Origin: Euprymna scolopes
Lineage: Eukaryota
Reading direction: 5' to 3' (one strand)
DNA length: 64,000 bases
Assembly (NCBI GenBank): GCA_053919585.1
Contig: CM132783.1
Positions 23,701 through 36,130 of the stretch are shown piece after piece. The notes below the pieces were generated by a model that made no database searches, was not told where the DNA came from, and was given only the letters and a program-made list of their open reading frames with translations. A program made the position numbers and the translations under genes. Positions within the stretch are counted from its first letter, which is position 1. Each line of letters opens with the position of its first letter.

Positions 23701-25732
23701 GACGACTTCCCTTACAACAACATTGTGGGGGGTGGGAGCAGAAATAGAACATGGAACAGAGAAAGTGAGGAACTGAAGGAAGAAGCGAGTATCCCCATAG
23801 CCTTTAAACTGACAAAATGCCACATAAAAAAACCCCTGAAAATATGCAAACAGCAGTTCAGAAGAGGAAGAAAGCAATTTAAATACAAGGGAGAGGGCAG
23901 ATATGATGTCTCCTTTATCGATTATGAATAGGACCTGCTTAATCGAGTGAGAGGCTCGAGTAAAAAGGAGAAAGAGACAGTAAATTAACCCATACAATAT
24001 TTCCTCACATATTGTAGAGCAAAGGCATAACTTTATCGGTTTCACCCGACAAAAGGATCATTCACCAAACCCTGCTAGCTATTAATAAGGTCGAAAAAAA
24101 ATGGTACAGTGTTGATTGTCATGTAAGTGCTAATAGCCAAGTTTGTGACTTTTTCTCACTCTTAGTGTTCATTATTTCTTTGTAAATGTCTTTGAATGAA
24201 ATAAATTATTGAATGATTTCAATTTGACTGTCAATGATGTCTGAATATGTGTCTGGCAAAATATGAATGCACTACTCTGACCTTCATAATTACATTTAAA
24301 AAAAAAAAAATCTTCAAAGACCAAGCGATAATGAAGAAAAATTTAACGCTCCCTGGACAATGGGAATTAAAAAGGTTAAAAATTAGTTGGAAACATGACA
24401 ATTCTTTGAAAGTATGCAAGTTAAGTGACTGCGTCAGATTCTCATCTATTGGTTGCGCCATACTGCTTTGATAAATCTAAATGATAGAGGTTACATAGAA
24501 AATGTATGTATTGACCTTTAAATTAAAAAGAAACTTATATAAGATTCTGAAGAATTTTGTGCTGGACATTTTGCTGGATTACAAAGGATTTGCTGAATTG
24601 ACTCAAATACAAAATGGCCGTAAAATCAGAATGACATTCACTGGTGTAAAGGCGCCAACTCACGTTTCATTTATGTTTTTATTAGAATATACACTTACAA
24701 ACTATAAACAAATCAGAACTAATAGAATGGACTTGTCCATCTACGAACAATAGAACATCCCAACAAGATTATATACCAACTTTCTGATTTGTGATTTTTA
24801 TTTAATCAGTTCTAGTTAGCTTGTCTGATAGTTGAATACTGACTACTAAATTCTATATTTCCATATGTTAACATTTTAATATAATCGGAAACTCAACAGA
24901 TTTTCAATTATTTGTGGTCAAATTAATAATTCGGCAGAAAATAAACAACCCATATTGTTTGGCTTAATTTACTTTTTATTCATAGATGTTGATATTCAAA
25001 AAAATTAAAACTGAAAATAATTGTACAAAAAATTGTTTTAAAATCATGTCATAATCGTATGAAGAAATAACATAAAAATATGCGATATTCGATGTCAGTA
25101 GTCGACATATTTTGATTAATTTTTGACCTGCTATGTTAAATCTACACATCAATATTGGGGGCTTTCTTTCTATTATAAAATAAGAGATTATAATTATATT
25201 ATATACACACACAGTTTTGTCACTGGAAAAATACAGTTTTATGAGTAAAGTTTTGTTACATTTGAAAAAGTAACTTCTGAAGTGAGATTATTTATTTGGA
25301 TTTTTCATTCACAAAATGTATAATATTGTTAAACACTTCTGATGTATGAATAACACATAATACTGCAGTACTATTTTCAGATTAGCTAAATTGTTGTATG
25401 CTAGCAGGACCTGTGTTCAATCATTTCCGGGGAAATAGAAAAGATTTATTTAACTTGATTAGAGTATCAACATAACTTGTTATTTTGATTGATATTAAGT
25501 AAAGTATCAGAATATATAGTACACATTAACATCAATTCTATTTTGAAAAATAAAATAAAAATAAACCAAAAAAAAAAAAGATACTGTAAAGGTAGCCAAT
25601 ATTCATAAAGACGTAAAAATAAGCACTGCTTTTTATTTTTCAATATTGACGACAGACAATTTTCAAAATTTTAAATGGTTGTAATTGATTCCTTAATATG
25701 AGTCTCTCAAGACAACCCCTTGATTATTATTG

Positions 25733-25851
25733 GTTATATATTATATATTATTTGTTATATAGTTATATATTATATATTATTTGTTATATAGTTATATATT
25801 ATATATTATTGGTTATATAGTTATATATTATATATTATTGGTTATATAGTT
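25733..25851. repeat. 29-bp AT-rich minisatellite, ~4 copies
   Basis: Unit GTTATATATTATATATTATT(G/T)GTTATATA. Confidence 0.85.
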
Positions 25852-26678
25852 AGACAGTAGCGGGTGGACACAGACATTTGCAGCAATACAAACAGTCACC
25901 TTCATGCAAATCCTTGTCAGTCGTTAAAAGATAAAATTTTCTTGCATTTGGAAAAACTTATAAGAAGTGAATTTGTTTTGTAATCTTGTAAAAAACTTAT
26001 AAGAAGTGAATTTGTTTTGTGATGCGGAAAACAGTTTTGTAGTCGTTGGTTGGATTTCCATTAAGACATGATTTTTATCTTTTTGCAACACAAGGTTATA
26101 CAGTGGAACTGAAGTTAGCGAGGGGACATAAAACATGATGTTCTAATCGGCCAAAAAGTAAATGAGAATAGCAATTATGAAAAAGAAAACAATCAGAAAA
26201 GAATCCATTTCACTGCAAGCAAATTAGGTGACTAAAATAGGATTTGGTCAGGATTTCACGAATGTAAATCTTTTTAGGTTAGGGCATTTTTGTAGGTAAA
26301 AATTATTTTTTGGAAGACATTAGATTTTTTTTTTCAAACACTAAAATCAACCAGTTACTTATAATAATTTTGAAGGCAATAAAAAAAGCAAAATAACAGA
26401 AAAAATGGTAGCCATTTAAGCAAGAAAAAAAAAACTCCTGGAAAAAAGTTGAAAATCGAAACCAATAAAATAAATAAGAATATAGAAGAAATTGCTCATA
26501 AATTTGTAAACATTATTTTCGTTCATTTATTTCACTTGAATCAAATGATTTTATTTTTGGTGTTGGTTTTCCCGATACCTTTCTAGTTAGACTTCTTTCT
26601 AGAAAGACAATAGATACTTAGAGGAGGGGCAATTGAAGATTGCCAACATCCTAAGTAAAATGTTTCTGTAGAACAATC

Positions 26679-26736
26679 TGAATTCGAACCTTGTACTCAG
26701 GTTGTCAATCCGCATGGTTAGCCAATTAACTACTGT
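26679..26736 (-). mobile_element. tRNA-derived SINE head (decayed)
   Basis: Minus strand A-box-like TAGTTAATTGG and B-box GGTTCGAATTC at tRNA-like spacing. Confidence 0.45.
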
Positions 26737-26868
26737 CACCTCCGGAGAATCAAATAAATTTTAACAAAATCTTTGAGTCTAGCACACACCAAAGCAACAC
26801 CGGCTCTATCTGCTTGCTATTATCATCCTTTATTCTATAATAAAGTGCAATGCTTATTTATATAAATA

Positions 26869-27751
26869 CTAGCATGGGTGCCCGGCGTTTCCCGTTTGGA
26901 GGTTTTGAGCAATAAATTTTTTAAAAAAGTGATAGTAGGAAGGCAGGCTCGAACCCGTACTGCGAAGGGGAAAAAACGGGGGAAAACGTGACGTCTTTGC
27001 TGTTACGACTGCCATCAAACCGGAAGTGGCATAGGTTTAAATTAAGGCTAAACAATCGAAAAGAGGGGATGACTTTCGAAAATATCGGCGAAAAATCGAC
27101 CCGTCTCTGTAGAAAAGTGGCCGGTTGAGGGCGAAGAAATTAATGTTTTTAGCCTATTTTTCGGTATTTGTCGTTTAAAGGGTCGAGCTTCAAAACAATA
27201 CTGATCTTGTGAAACTCCGTCGCCTCAGTCGAAAGTTTCAGGCAGACATGCAAGCATACATACATACATACATTTATATATTGGTAGCTCAAATTTTGAC
27301 CCAAACTGATGAAAAAGCTTGCTCTATCTCTGAATACCCTTTATGTAAAATTTCAAATGTTTAGACCAGAAATTGTTTGAGTAGTTTGGCAGAGACCGCA
27401 GAGGTCAATTTTTTTAAACTTTGACCCCTATTATGACCCCTTAACATTTATTGTTTTGAGCTCAAATCAAGTTATTAAGTTAGATCCATGTCCAAGGAAC
27501 CTATATCTAAAATTTCAAGTGTTTAGACCCAAAATTGGTAGAGGAGTTTGGTAGAGTTCTCAAATGTCAAATAATTGAACTTTGACCCCTTAATAGCTAA
27601 ATTTATGACCGAAAACGGATTACAAAGATTTTCCCAAATCTCAGTACCCTGTATGTGAAATTTCGAGTCTGTAGACTTAAAATTGACAGAGATATTGTGT
27701 AGGGAAATGTACACAGACAGACAGACACTTTCACTTTTATAGATATATAGA
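26869..27751 (-). mobile_element. Non-autonomous Helitron (composite)
   Basis: A|TCTATATATCTATAAAAGTG 5' end, CGGGAAACGCCGGG motif, CTAG|T 3' end; similar to both 8109-8345 and 63300-63721. Confidence 0.8.
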
Positions 27752-28820
27752 TAAGTAAATACATGTACTTTCATCCTGTCATACAAAAGTTAGCAAGGAA
27801 AATTTGTAGATTTTATTTTATTCAAGAAAATTACAACAATTGTATACAATGCTGATAAATTAATTAGGAGAAATCGACTAAAAATTCTTGGTCTTTTTTC
27901 TCATCAAATCTTTCTTGGAGTCCATATATTAAATCTATTACACTAGCTACTTCTTATGAAGTAAGTTATCTCTCTCACTCTAAACACTTTCTCATACCTG
28001 GGGCTAATCCCTATCTCTACAAATCTACTATAAAACCTTATATGGAGAACTGTTGTTATATTTGAGCGAGTGAATCTCTACCCCAAATGTATTTATAATT
28101 TGATTGATGGTATTCTTTCCTTTTCTCTGTATCCTTTTCATCAAAACCTCGCATTTTTTTTCTGCATATAGAATATAGAATCAGAATTGTCTGTCTATTC
28201 CTTGTTGCCTTGTTTGATTTGTTGGTCTAGTAGTCTTCATCTTCATTCATTGTTTTGATACTTTTTGTAATACAGCTTCCTGTTCCAGGAATTTCTTTCC
28301 AAGAATTGCAGGTTTATGAAATTCTCTTTCTGCTGTTTTCTTCCTATAGACTTGGTCTTGCTGAGACTAGGGCCAATAGATATGTTTTTTACTATAATTG
28401 TCGTTCGTTCTTGTTAACTCCTTCCATCAAGTAGCTTCATGCATTATCTGGAGAAATTTTCATTAAAAACAATAAAAATATAATTCTGAAAAAAACGATG
28501 TCATGTTGTAAGTTAGTGATGATGGTATTTATTGAATTTTAAAAGCAAGTAAAAACTCCATATGTGAACTCGGTCAATGCATAAAAATCATTCGGAACTG
28601 AGGCAATGAACCAGTATAGTTACAGAGAGTATGAGAAAGTTATTCAGAATGACCAAACGAGAGAACTTTGGTGTTCCTTTATTTTGCAAAAGGGTATGAT
28701 TGTTATTTTCAGTATATAATATTATGTAGGATATATTGAGAAGATCGAAATAATAATTTCAGTAAGTTAACAGAACATCTTATATATGAAGAAACGATCC
28801 GGTAAATATGACTATAGTCA

Positions 28821-28821
<1 letters not shown>

Positions 28822-28898
<77 letters not shown>
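28822..28898. repeat. (TA)n microsatellite at the 3' side of the Penelope-like element
   Basis: Directly visible. Confidence 0.95.
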
Positions 28899-28899
<1 letters not shown>

Positions 28900-28900
<1 letters not shown>

Positions 28901-31070
28901 AGAAAAATAGAAAAAACGAATGAAATTATTAAAAAAAAATCAAATCAACGTTTCGTCCTTATTTCAGAGGATATCTTCAGGATAATTGAAATAAAAATGT
29001 AAGAAAAGAAAAAGTCATAGATCGTGCGAAAAAGACAGTTTTTGAATCCTACCCATGCCGGAAAGGATAAACATATGTGTGCGTATGGGAAAGTTGGGTT
29101 GTTCGATGTCTATATATACACCTTTAAAAATGCGTTAAAATAAATATGTACATTTTTTTTTTCTTCTGTAAACTTATTCATTTTGTTGAAATATTTAAGG
29201 AAAAACGGTTAGCCAGGATCTGTTTTGATATTTTGTTCTTTGATTATTATTTTCCCTATGCTAGGGGTTAAATGGTAGAAGCCTTTTCTTTGCGTAATAG
29301 TATTAGTATTCAATATTAGTGCTGATTCTAAAAGTCTTCTTTTAGCTCTATCTATCAGGTATTTAATAATTTTCGCTTGATCTAAATTAAATGAGTGATC
29401 GTGTTCTGTACAATGGCAAAAGAGTGCATTTAGGGCGTTACTATTCCTTATATCTCTTCTGTGCTCGTTAAGTCTTAATTTCAATTTTTGCTGTGTTTCA
29501 CCTATGTACGCTTGTTGACAGTTGTTACATGGGATGGAATATATACCGGCATCGGATGTGAGGGTTTTGGGAGAGTGCTTGGTAGTTTTTAATGTCTGTT
29601 TTATGGTTGAGGAAGTTGTTTTTATCAAGTGAAAACCAAGTCTATTAAGAGTGTCGTAGATTTTTGTATTTTTGGTGTGGGTGGGAATGAAAAGATGTCT
29701 GTTTAATAGTGAGGTATTTGTTTTATTTTTCTGTGTGTTTATGTTATAGTGTATTTTCGTAGCTTTTTTCTTTGCGTAAAAAATGAAATAGGACGGATAC
29801 TGTAGTTTTCTTAAAACATTCGTAATATATTGAAATTCATCATTAAGATATTGGGGACTGCATATTCTAAAGGCACGCAAGAAAAAACCAATAATCATGC
29901 CCGTCTTTATTTTATCATTGTGGTGCGAGTAGTAATGAATATAGTCGTTTTTGTGTGTGGTCTTTCTATGTACTTTGAAACTCAGATCGGTTTCTGATCT
30001 GATGAGGAGTATGTCTAGAAAAGCTAGGGAGTGGTCTTGTTCGGATTCATGTGTAAATTTTATAGATGGTTCCACTGAATTTTATTTATTTCTAATTTGT
30101 TCTATTTGTGTGTTTTTAGGGAGAAAAATAAGAATGTTATCTATGTATCTAAAATATGTGGAGTTTTTAGGAAGTCTGTGTTTAAAAGAGTTGGTTTCTA
30201 AGAATTCTAAGAATAGGCAGGCTAGTACACCACTAAGGGGGTTACCCATAGGGAGTCCAAATTTCTGTCTGTAGTAAGAATTATTAAACTGAAAGTAGGT
30301 TCTATCAGTGATGAGTTTTATGATTTGTATTAGTGTATCTGAGGAAAAAGGTAGGTCGACTTTAATTTTGATTAAGTGCTTGTGGAGTAGATTAAGGCAT
30401 TTTTTGATTGGAATATTGGTGTAGAGGGAAATTATGTCTAAACTATGCATGATTTTATTTTGTATGTCCATATTTTTTATTCTATTTAGGAGGTCACCAG
30501 AGTTTTTGATATGTGAATGGCTGGTGGTGCCCATTAGTGGAGTTAAAATTTGGGCAATAGCTCGTGCTAATTTATGGGTGACGCTTCCAATGTTAGATAC
30601 TATAGGTCTCATAGGGACGTTCTCTTTATGTATTTTTGGGAGGGCGTATAATATAGGAATAGTGGGGTGGTATTCTATGTTATTTATCCATTTTTTATCA
30701 TTTCTGATAAGTTTCTTTACGGATTTATTAAAAGTTTCGAAATCTTTTTCTATTGATTTTAAATCTATCGGAGTATATATATTTCCGTCTGCCAATAGTG
30801 TGTGCGTTTTCTTTAGATATAGGTGTTTATCTATTATAACTATACCACCTCCTTTATCGGCTTGTGAAATGATAATGTCTTTATTTTTTGTTAAAAGTTT
30901 TAAGGCATCAATGTATCTTTTGGTAGTGCTAATTCTTGAGGTTGGGTAGTTGTTAACGCTACTATCCCTTGTATGAAGCCTTTAGTAAAATCAGAGTCCT
31001 CTTGTCTATAATTTTTTAGGGTTGTGTTAGTGGTGATTTTCGAATGTTTGCCGGACATTGAAACTGAAGC
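28900..31070 (-). mobile_element. Penelope-like retroelement (RT + GIY-YIG endonuclease), 5'-truncated
   Basis: ADKGGG motif ~30860, LYALPKIHK, PMRPIVS, GLPMGNPLS, RYIDN; one in-frame stop at 30082-30084; GIYSIPC..C..YIGET..RLNEH. Confidence 0.93.
28943..28986 (-). ncRNA. Minimal type I hammerhead in the 3' region of the Penelope-like element
   Basis: ATC-CTGAAGA-taTCCT(ctgaaata)AGGAc-GAAAC-GTT-GAT; palindromic AACGTT minimal stem III. Confidence 0.7.
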
Positions 31071-31697
31071 TCTCAGTTTCGGTCTTAAATTCGCTACCGG
31101 CAAAAGTGTAAAGCAAAGGAAGTGTATGACAACTGTTGCCACATCTGGGCAGAAACTGCTAGAAGCAGCTTATCCTGCCTAGATAGAGTTCAAAATAAAG
31201 TTTGTAGCTTAATGGGGGATGCTCTTTTCTCTTCCCTGCAACCTCTTTCTCACAGAACAGACATTGTGATCCTGTCTCTGCTTTATCGTTATTTTCATGG
31301 CAAGTGCTCAGCTGAGCTTCAATCTATAGTCCCTCCTTGCCAAACTTTTATGAAAAACACTCGTCTAGCCAAAACCACTATCAATAATTTCCCACACTCT
31401 TTATCTGTGCCTAAACCTTAATGTAGATTCCATGAATAAAGCTTCTTTCTTAGAACTGCACGCCTGTGGAACTCTCTTCCACTTGTCTGCTTTCCAGCTG
31501 ACTACAATTTGATTGCCTTCAAGTCCAACATAAACAAGCTCTTGATGAACCGTCCACCTAATTAATCCAACCTACAAAATTCCCACTACTTATGTTTACT
31601 ATGTTAAAATCACATAGACTAATGTATACCCATTAACTTTTATCCTCGAGCGGCCTCCGGGCCTTGATAAATGGTGATTCCTGTGTAAAAAAAAAAA
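31070..31697 (+). mobile_element. LINE 3' end with A-tail (CR1/Jockey-group-like)
   Basis: NCCHIWA..LDRVQNK..LQPLSHR..LYRYFHGKCS, ARLWNSLP, FKSNIN; A-run at 31687-31697. Confidence 0.8.
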
Positions 31698-31719
31698 CCA
31701 ATGATGTGGGCTAAGTATT

Positions 31720-32650
31720 TGGATGATGAATAAGATTATTGAGAAGTTTTGTTACCTTGGTGATACCATTTGAGCAGAGTGGAGCAGGTGTGACTGCAAG
31801 ACTGAGCAATGGATGGAGTAAGTTAAGGAAATGTTTGCTTTTACTAACTAGTATAACGTGACCACGGTCAGTTAAAAGTATAATCTATCAGACACGTGTA
31901 CATAGTGTAATACTATATGGAAGTGAAAACTGACCAGTTATGATTAAGGACACGTGTTGTATGGAGGGAAATGATATGCGAATGATACTATAGCTGTGTA
32001 ATGTGAGTTTTAAATGAAGGAATGAGTCTGGAAAGTATAAGAAATCATGTGCAGAATAGAAGACTTTGGGGATATGGTCACATTGAAAGAATAGTGATAG
32101 TTGTTGAGTTAATTGACATAGAATAGTTAAAATATCAGGTTCAGTTCGCAGAGAAAGATCAAGGATACACTATGGAAGTAATAAGAATGAACTTTAGAGA
32201 AAAAGAGATAAAGATTCAGACAGAAAGATTATATTAATTTATTTATTGGTGGTAACCGCGACAGATAAGAACTTTGAATCTCCTATCCGTCGCGGTTACC
32301 ACCTGGCAAAGGCCAGAGGAATAGTTGGCTGAAACGTCGTGAAACAATAACTAAGAAAAATGAGAATAATAGTCCGCAATAAATAAATTAATATAAATAA
32401 TACTCATCTCAATAATGAATTCCAATTAAAATAATATATAGAGATGGATTAGTTTGAAAGTCAGTTTTTAAAAGTATGCCAAGTAAAATATATCTCAAGT
32501 TAAAAGAAACCATGAGAGAAAGTGATAAGAATCTACTTGAGAGAAAGAGGGATAAATAAAGATTTGGTCAGAGATAGGTTAGTTTGAAAGTAAATTGTTC
32601 AAAGTTGTCCAACCCTTGCCAGTTTATAAAATTGATGTATAACTGAATAC
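31720..32650 (+). mobile_element. Decayed RTE-clade LINE 3' part
   Basis: EKFCYLGD, ILYGSE, YGH remnants; tail GTCCAACCCTTGCCAG similar to the reverse complement of ~37245-37280. Confidence 0.65.
32300..32341 (+). ncRNA. Degenerate minimal hammerhead
   Basis: CAC-CTGGCAA-aGGCCAG(aggaatag)TTGGCT-GAAAC-GTC-GTG; core differs from CTGANGA at two positions. Confidence 0.55.
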
Positions 32651-33296
32651 TATGATGATTTCTAATCAGAGTAGCTTTTATTAATGTTTTCATGATTTCT
32701 TTTCTCATTCCGTTTTTCTTATGTATATTTCAACACTGGCATATTTGAATTTATTCTCATTTCAGAGAGTGTGAACGATTCCCGTGTGATTCTTCCAGAG
32801 GATATTTACCACTCATCTTATGACTGCAATTACGTACATTTACAGTTTGCTATATAAACTTATCTTTCAAGAAACTATCACAACTCCTATTCACAGATTT
32901 TCCCATTGGCTCTCAAAGTTGCAAATGTTTTTTTTTTGTTTTTTTTTTTTTTTAAGCCTGAGGCACATATCGCGACATTGGCGTTAGTGAAAATATTCGA
33001 TCTGTGGATCTAATACTATCATGCAATTTCACGAGATTACCGCTGCCATCACGTAAATAGGAAATAGTATTGTAGGTTAATCGATGGTTATAAATCGTTG
33101 TCAAAAGCCGTCCACTTGAATCCAGATGAAGACGAGAGAGAAGATAACACGCTGATAAATGCGTTTCTATTTAATAAAGAGTGGACAAGTTCATTTCCGT
33201 AGGGCAAGAATCGTCCGTACACCGTAATGCTGCATGATATAAAACTAACTGAAGAATTTAGAAGAGATCATCTAATATAAAATTTGGGAAAATCAA

Positions 33297-33348
<52 letters not shown>

Positions 33349-33529
33349 GTTTTTGTTTTTTTTTCACTCAAATGAACTTGCATTCATATATGTATAAGTG
33401 TGTGTATGTGTGTGCTGATATGCCATATTTTTTTATCTAGCTTAAGCCGATGTGTGTTAAAATATAATGTATTCATAAAAGATGGGTATCATCAATATAG
33501 GCTATCAGGCATGTATATGCATTGTGATT

Positions 33530-33855
33530 ATGTATGGAAATGAAATCTGTCCAGTGAGGTTTGAGGACATGTATTTCGTTGAAAGTAATGATCCAAGAAA
33601 GATACGATGGATGTGAACTTGAGTGTTAAAGACAGACTCAGACCTAATATGTCTAATACATGGAGATGTGTGCAGAACTTATGGTATAGCCAAGAAAGAA
33701 TGCATGGGTTAGTAAATATAGAACAATTGACAAGATTAGCCTATGGTAAACGCGGGTAGATAAACAAAGATCTGGTAAAATATACTTTCATTTGAAAGCC
33801 AACTTCTATAAGTCAGCGTAAAAAATGGACATTAAAACGCAGATGATGATGATGG
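33530..33855 (+). mobile_element. Decayed RTE-like LINE 3' fragment with (GAT)n tail
   Basis: MYGNE..PV and IRWM remnants, ending GGACATTAAAACGCAGATGATGATGATG. Confidence 0.5.
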
Positions 33856-34169
33856 GTGATGGTGGTGGTGATGGTGGTGTATCTGTTCATTTCGAGCTCC
33901 GGGTGTTAAAATTAAAAATGTTTTTTTTTTAATGTGTGATGCAATTGTAATTTAATTAGATATAGATAACTTTCGGCGTACGCCTAACAACAAATGGATT
34001 GATATACATTATTGTTATCGGTTGGTGTATGCATGTTGCTTGATTGGTTTGTGAGAATTTTCCTTGCTGCAGAATTTAAATGTTGTAATAATGGAGATTA
34101 TGAATCTGTCCTTTTAAGGCTGAAAATAAACTATTGAAGACTATTTTACTTAGTATGAAATGGTGGTGC

Positions 34170-34600
34170 TTGTCCAGACTTCCTCTTGTATTAAAATAAA
34201 ATCCGTATGATCTACGCACTCATGATAGAAAGAAAATATCGTGCACCAAAAATTATGTAGATTGATCAAATAGTTCTATTTTTAAATAAGAAAATTAATT
34301 TTTATGGCTAAACTACGAATGACGATCTCACAACGCCATCTTGAAAACTGTTTGAAGGAACAAGGGAGATAACTGCGAATAGTTTAAGTTTGCAAGGCTT
34401 AAAAAGCCATTCTTAACACGGGGAACCGGCATTTAAACCACTCAAATTCGTTTAAAAATGATTTTCTTTATTAAAATATAATTACTTGATCAATTTACAT
34501 GAATTTTTCTGTGTGATATTTTCTTTCCATCACGGGTACCGTACAGATTTTTTCTTTAAATTTGTTTTTTTTTTCATATGGGGGGGGGGAATTCTGGATA
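34170..34600. mobile_element. Old MITE/fold-back element with long imperfect TIRs
   Basis: GATAGAAAGAAAATATC..ATGTAGATTGATCAAATA mirrored by TACTTGATCAATTTACAT..GATATTTTCTTTCCATC. Confidence 0.6.
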
Positions 34601-35689
34601 ATCCCCGAAATAGCATAGAGAGGAATCAGTGTAGCATAGTCTGAAATAATATATGCTATAATTCCGTTTCTCATATTTGTGCTCTATTATTGGCTAAAAC
34701 ATGTGAACTGTGGTCAAAACTAGTAGGATTTAAATAGTCATAATAATCGATCTTGGCTTTTCTTATCTGCTTTTCTCTCTTTTTTTAAAGTTCATTACTT
34801 AATATTAATGTTTTATCCCGATGACGCTGTGTCTAAATTATTGGTATATAATAAAAAAGGGAATTATAATTAATAAGAATGATAAATGCTGGGCCAATAT
34901 GCTCAGATACGCGTTTTCTTTATCAACCTTCAATTACATGCCAATAATTACCCTTAACTGAAGCTTAAAAATTTTTTTAAATAATTTGAGGACTATATGT
35001 TAAATAGACAGTTTGTTAATAATAGAAAAACGAAATACTACTGAGCTTCATTGAAATAAAGGTATTTTTTTCTTTTTTACTATATTTATATCCATATAAA
35101 GTATATTGTGTCCATATTTTCTGAAAGCTTCTTAAAGTTAAGGTCCGGTAAATAGAATAGATTACGTAAACATCACAGGCTGAATAGTTTGGTTTGATAA
35201 GTATGCAGAAGTTCTAATATTGTTTTTTTTTTTTTTTTTTTTTTTTTAAATATTTGGCCACTTAAGGATATGGATTAATGAGAGAAAATAATTAAGAAAC
35301 TTAAAAATTATCAATGTTTATTTTATTTATATTTGAACTTCGGCAGTGTGTTGTTATATATATGTATTTTTTTTTTTTTTTAGTAAATAAGATTTAACTT
35401 AATTATATATTTAATTTTTAACAGTAAAATGTGATTTACACTGTGGCGACGGTTAGCTAACCTTTCTTTTGGATTAAAAAATTAAGAATTAATTAAAAAT
35501 ATTTATTCTTCAAACACTTACTCAGGAGACGCCAAGTAGGCGTGCTAACTTTTAATATAATGGAATCTAAAACAGCTTATTGTCCAAGGCTTGTTTGAAA
35601 AGTGCGGCTTCCTATTTTTTACCTAACAAAACTAAAACGTGGAGGAGATATGAAGATAGGAGTGTTACCATTATAACAAGCAACTTTTT

Positions 35690-36130
35690 GTGCCTCAGAA
35701 TTTAATTATCTACATATTCACACAGATCCACAATTCATTTATATGCCAGGCTTAATTCCTCGGCCGTAAAAGTCCAGAGCATGCTTTGTCATTTATATCT
35801 CTGTTACCACTCTGAAATCGATGAACCCATCTCCTAACTATGCTGACATCAACTGCTTCGACTTCATCAACGTTCCGATACACTGATGAATGTTCATCGA
35901 TTCAATTTTTTCTGCACAGAGGAATTCAATGACACATCCCTGCTTTGGACGCACGTCCATGACAGGGGTTGCTTTCTTAGTTTCACATCGTTAATATCTG
36001 CAACAGAGAGGTGAAATTTTCAGGAAATGAATACATAAGTTCAGTCATCATAAAATTGCAATGTGCAATCCCTTCTGATCCATTCGGGTGGAATAAAATG
36101 TAGGAGGTGTTACTTTTGGAATATTCTCCA
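35690..36130 (-). mobile_element. mariner transposase N-terminal fragment
   Basis: Q.CVIEFLCAEK..NIHQ and AVDVSIVRRWVHRFQSG...DK..SG (HTH region). Confidence 0.65.

Noticed and set aside
25733-26020. Tandem repeats as a possible CRISPR-like array
   Set aside because: No unique spacers; an ordinary minisatellite plus a two-copy duplication in eukaryotic DNA
32766-32860. Possible exon after a TTCTCATTTCAG acceptor reading VNDSRVILPED..CNYV, faintly like a tyrosine-phosphatase motif
   Set aside because: Short, weak similarity, no strong donor, stop soon after and no partner exons
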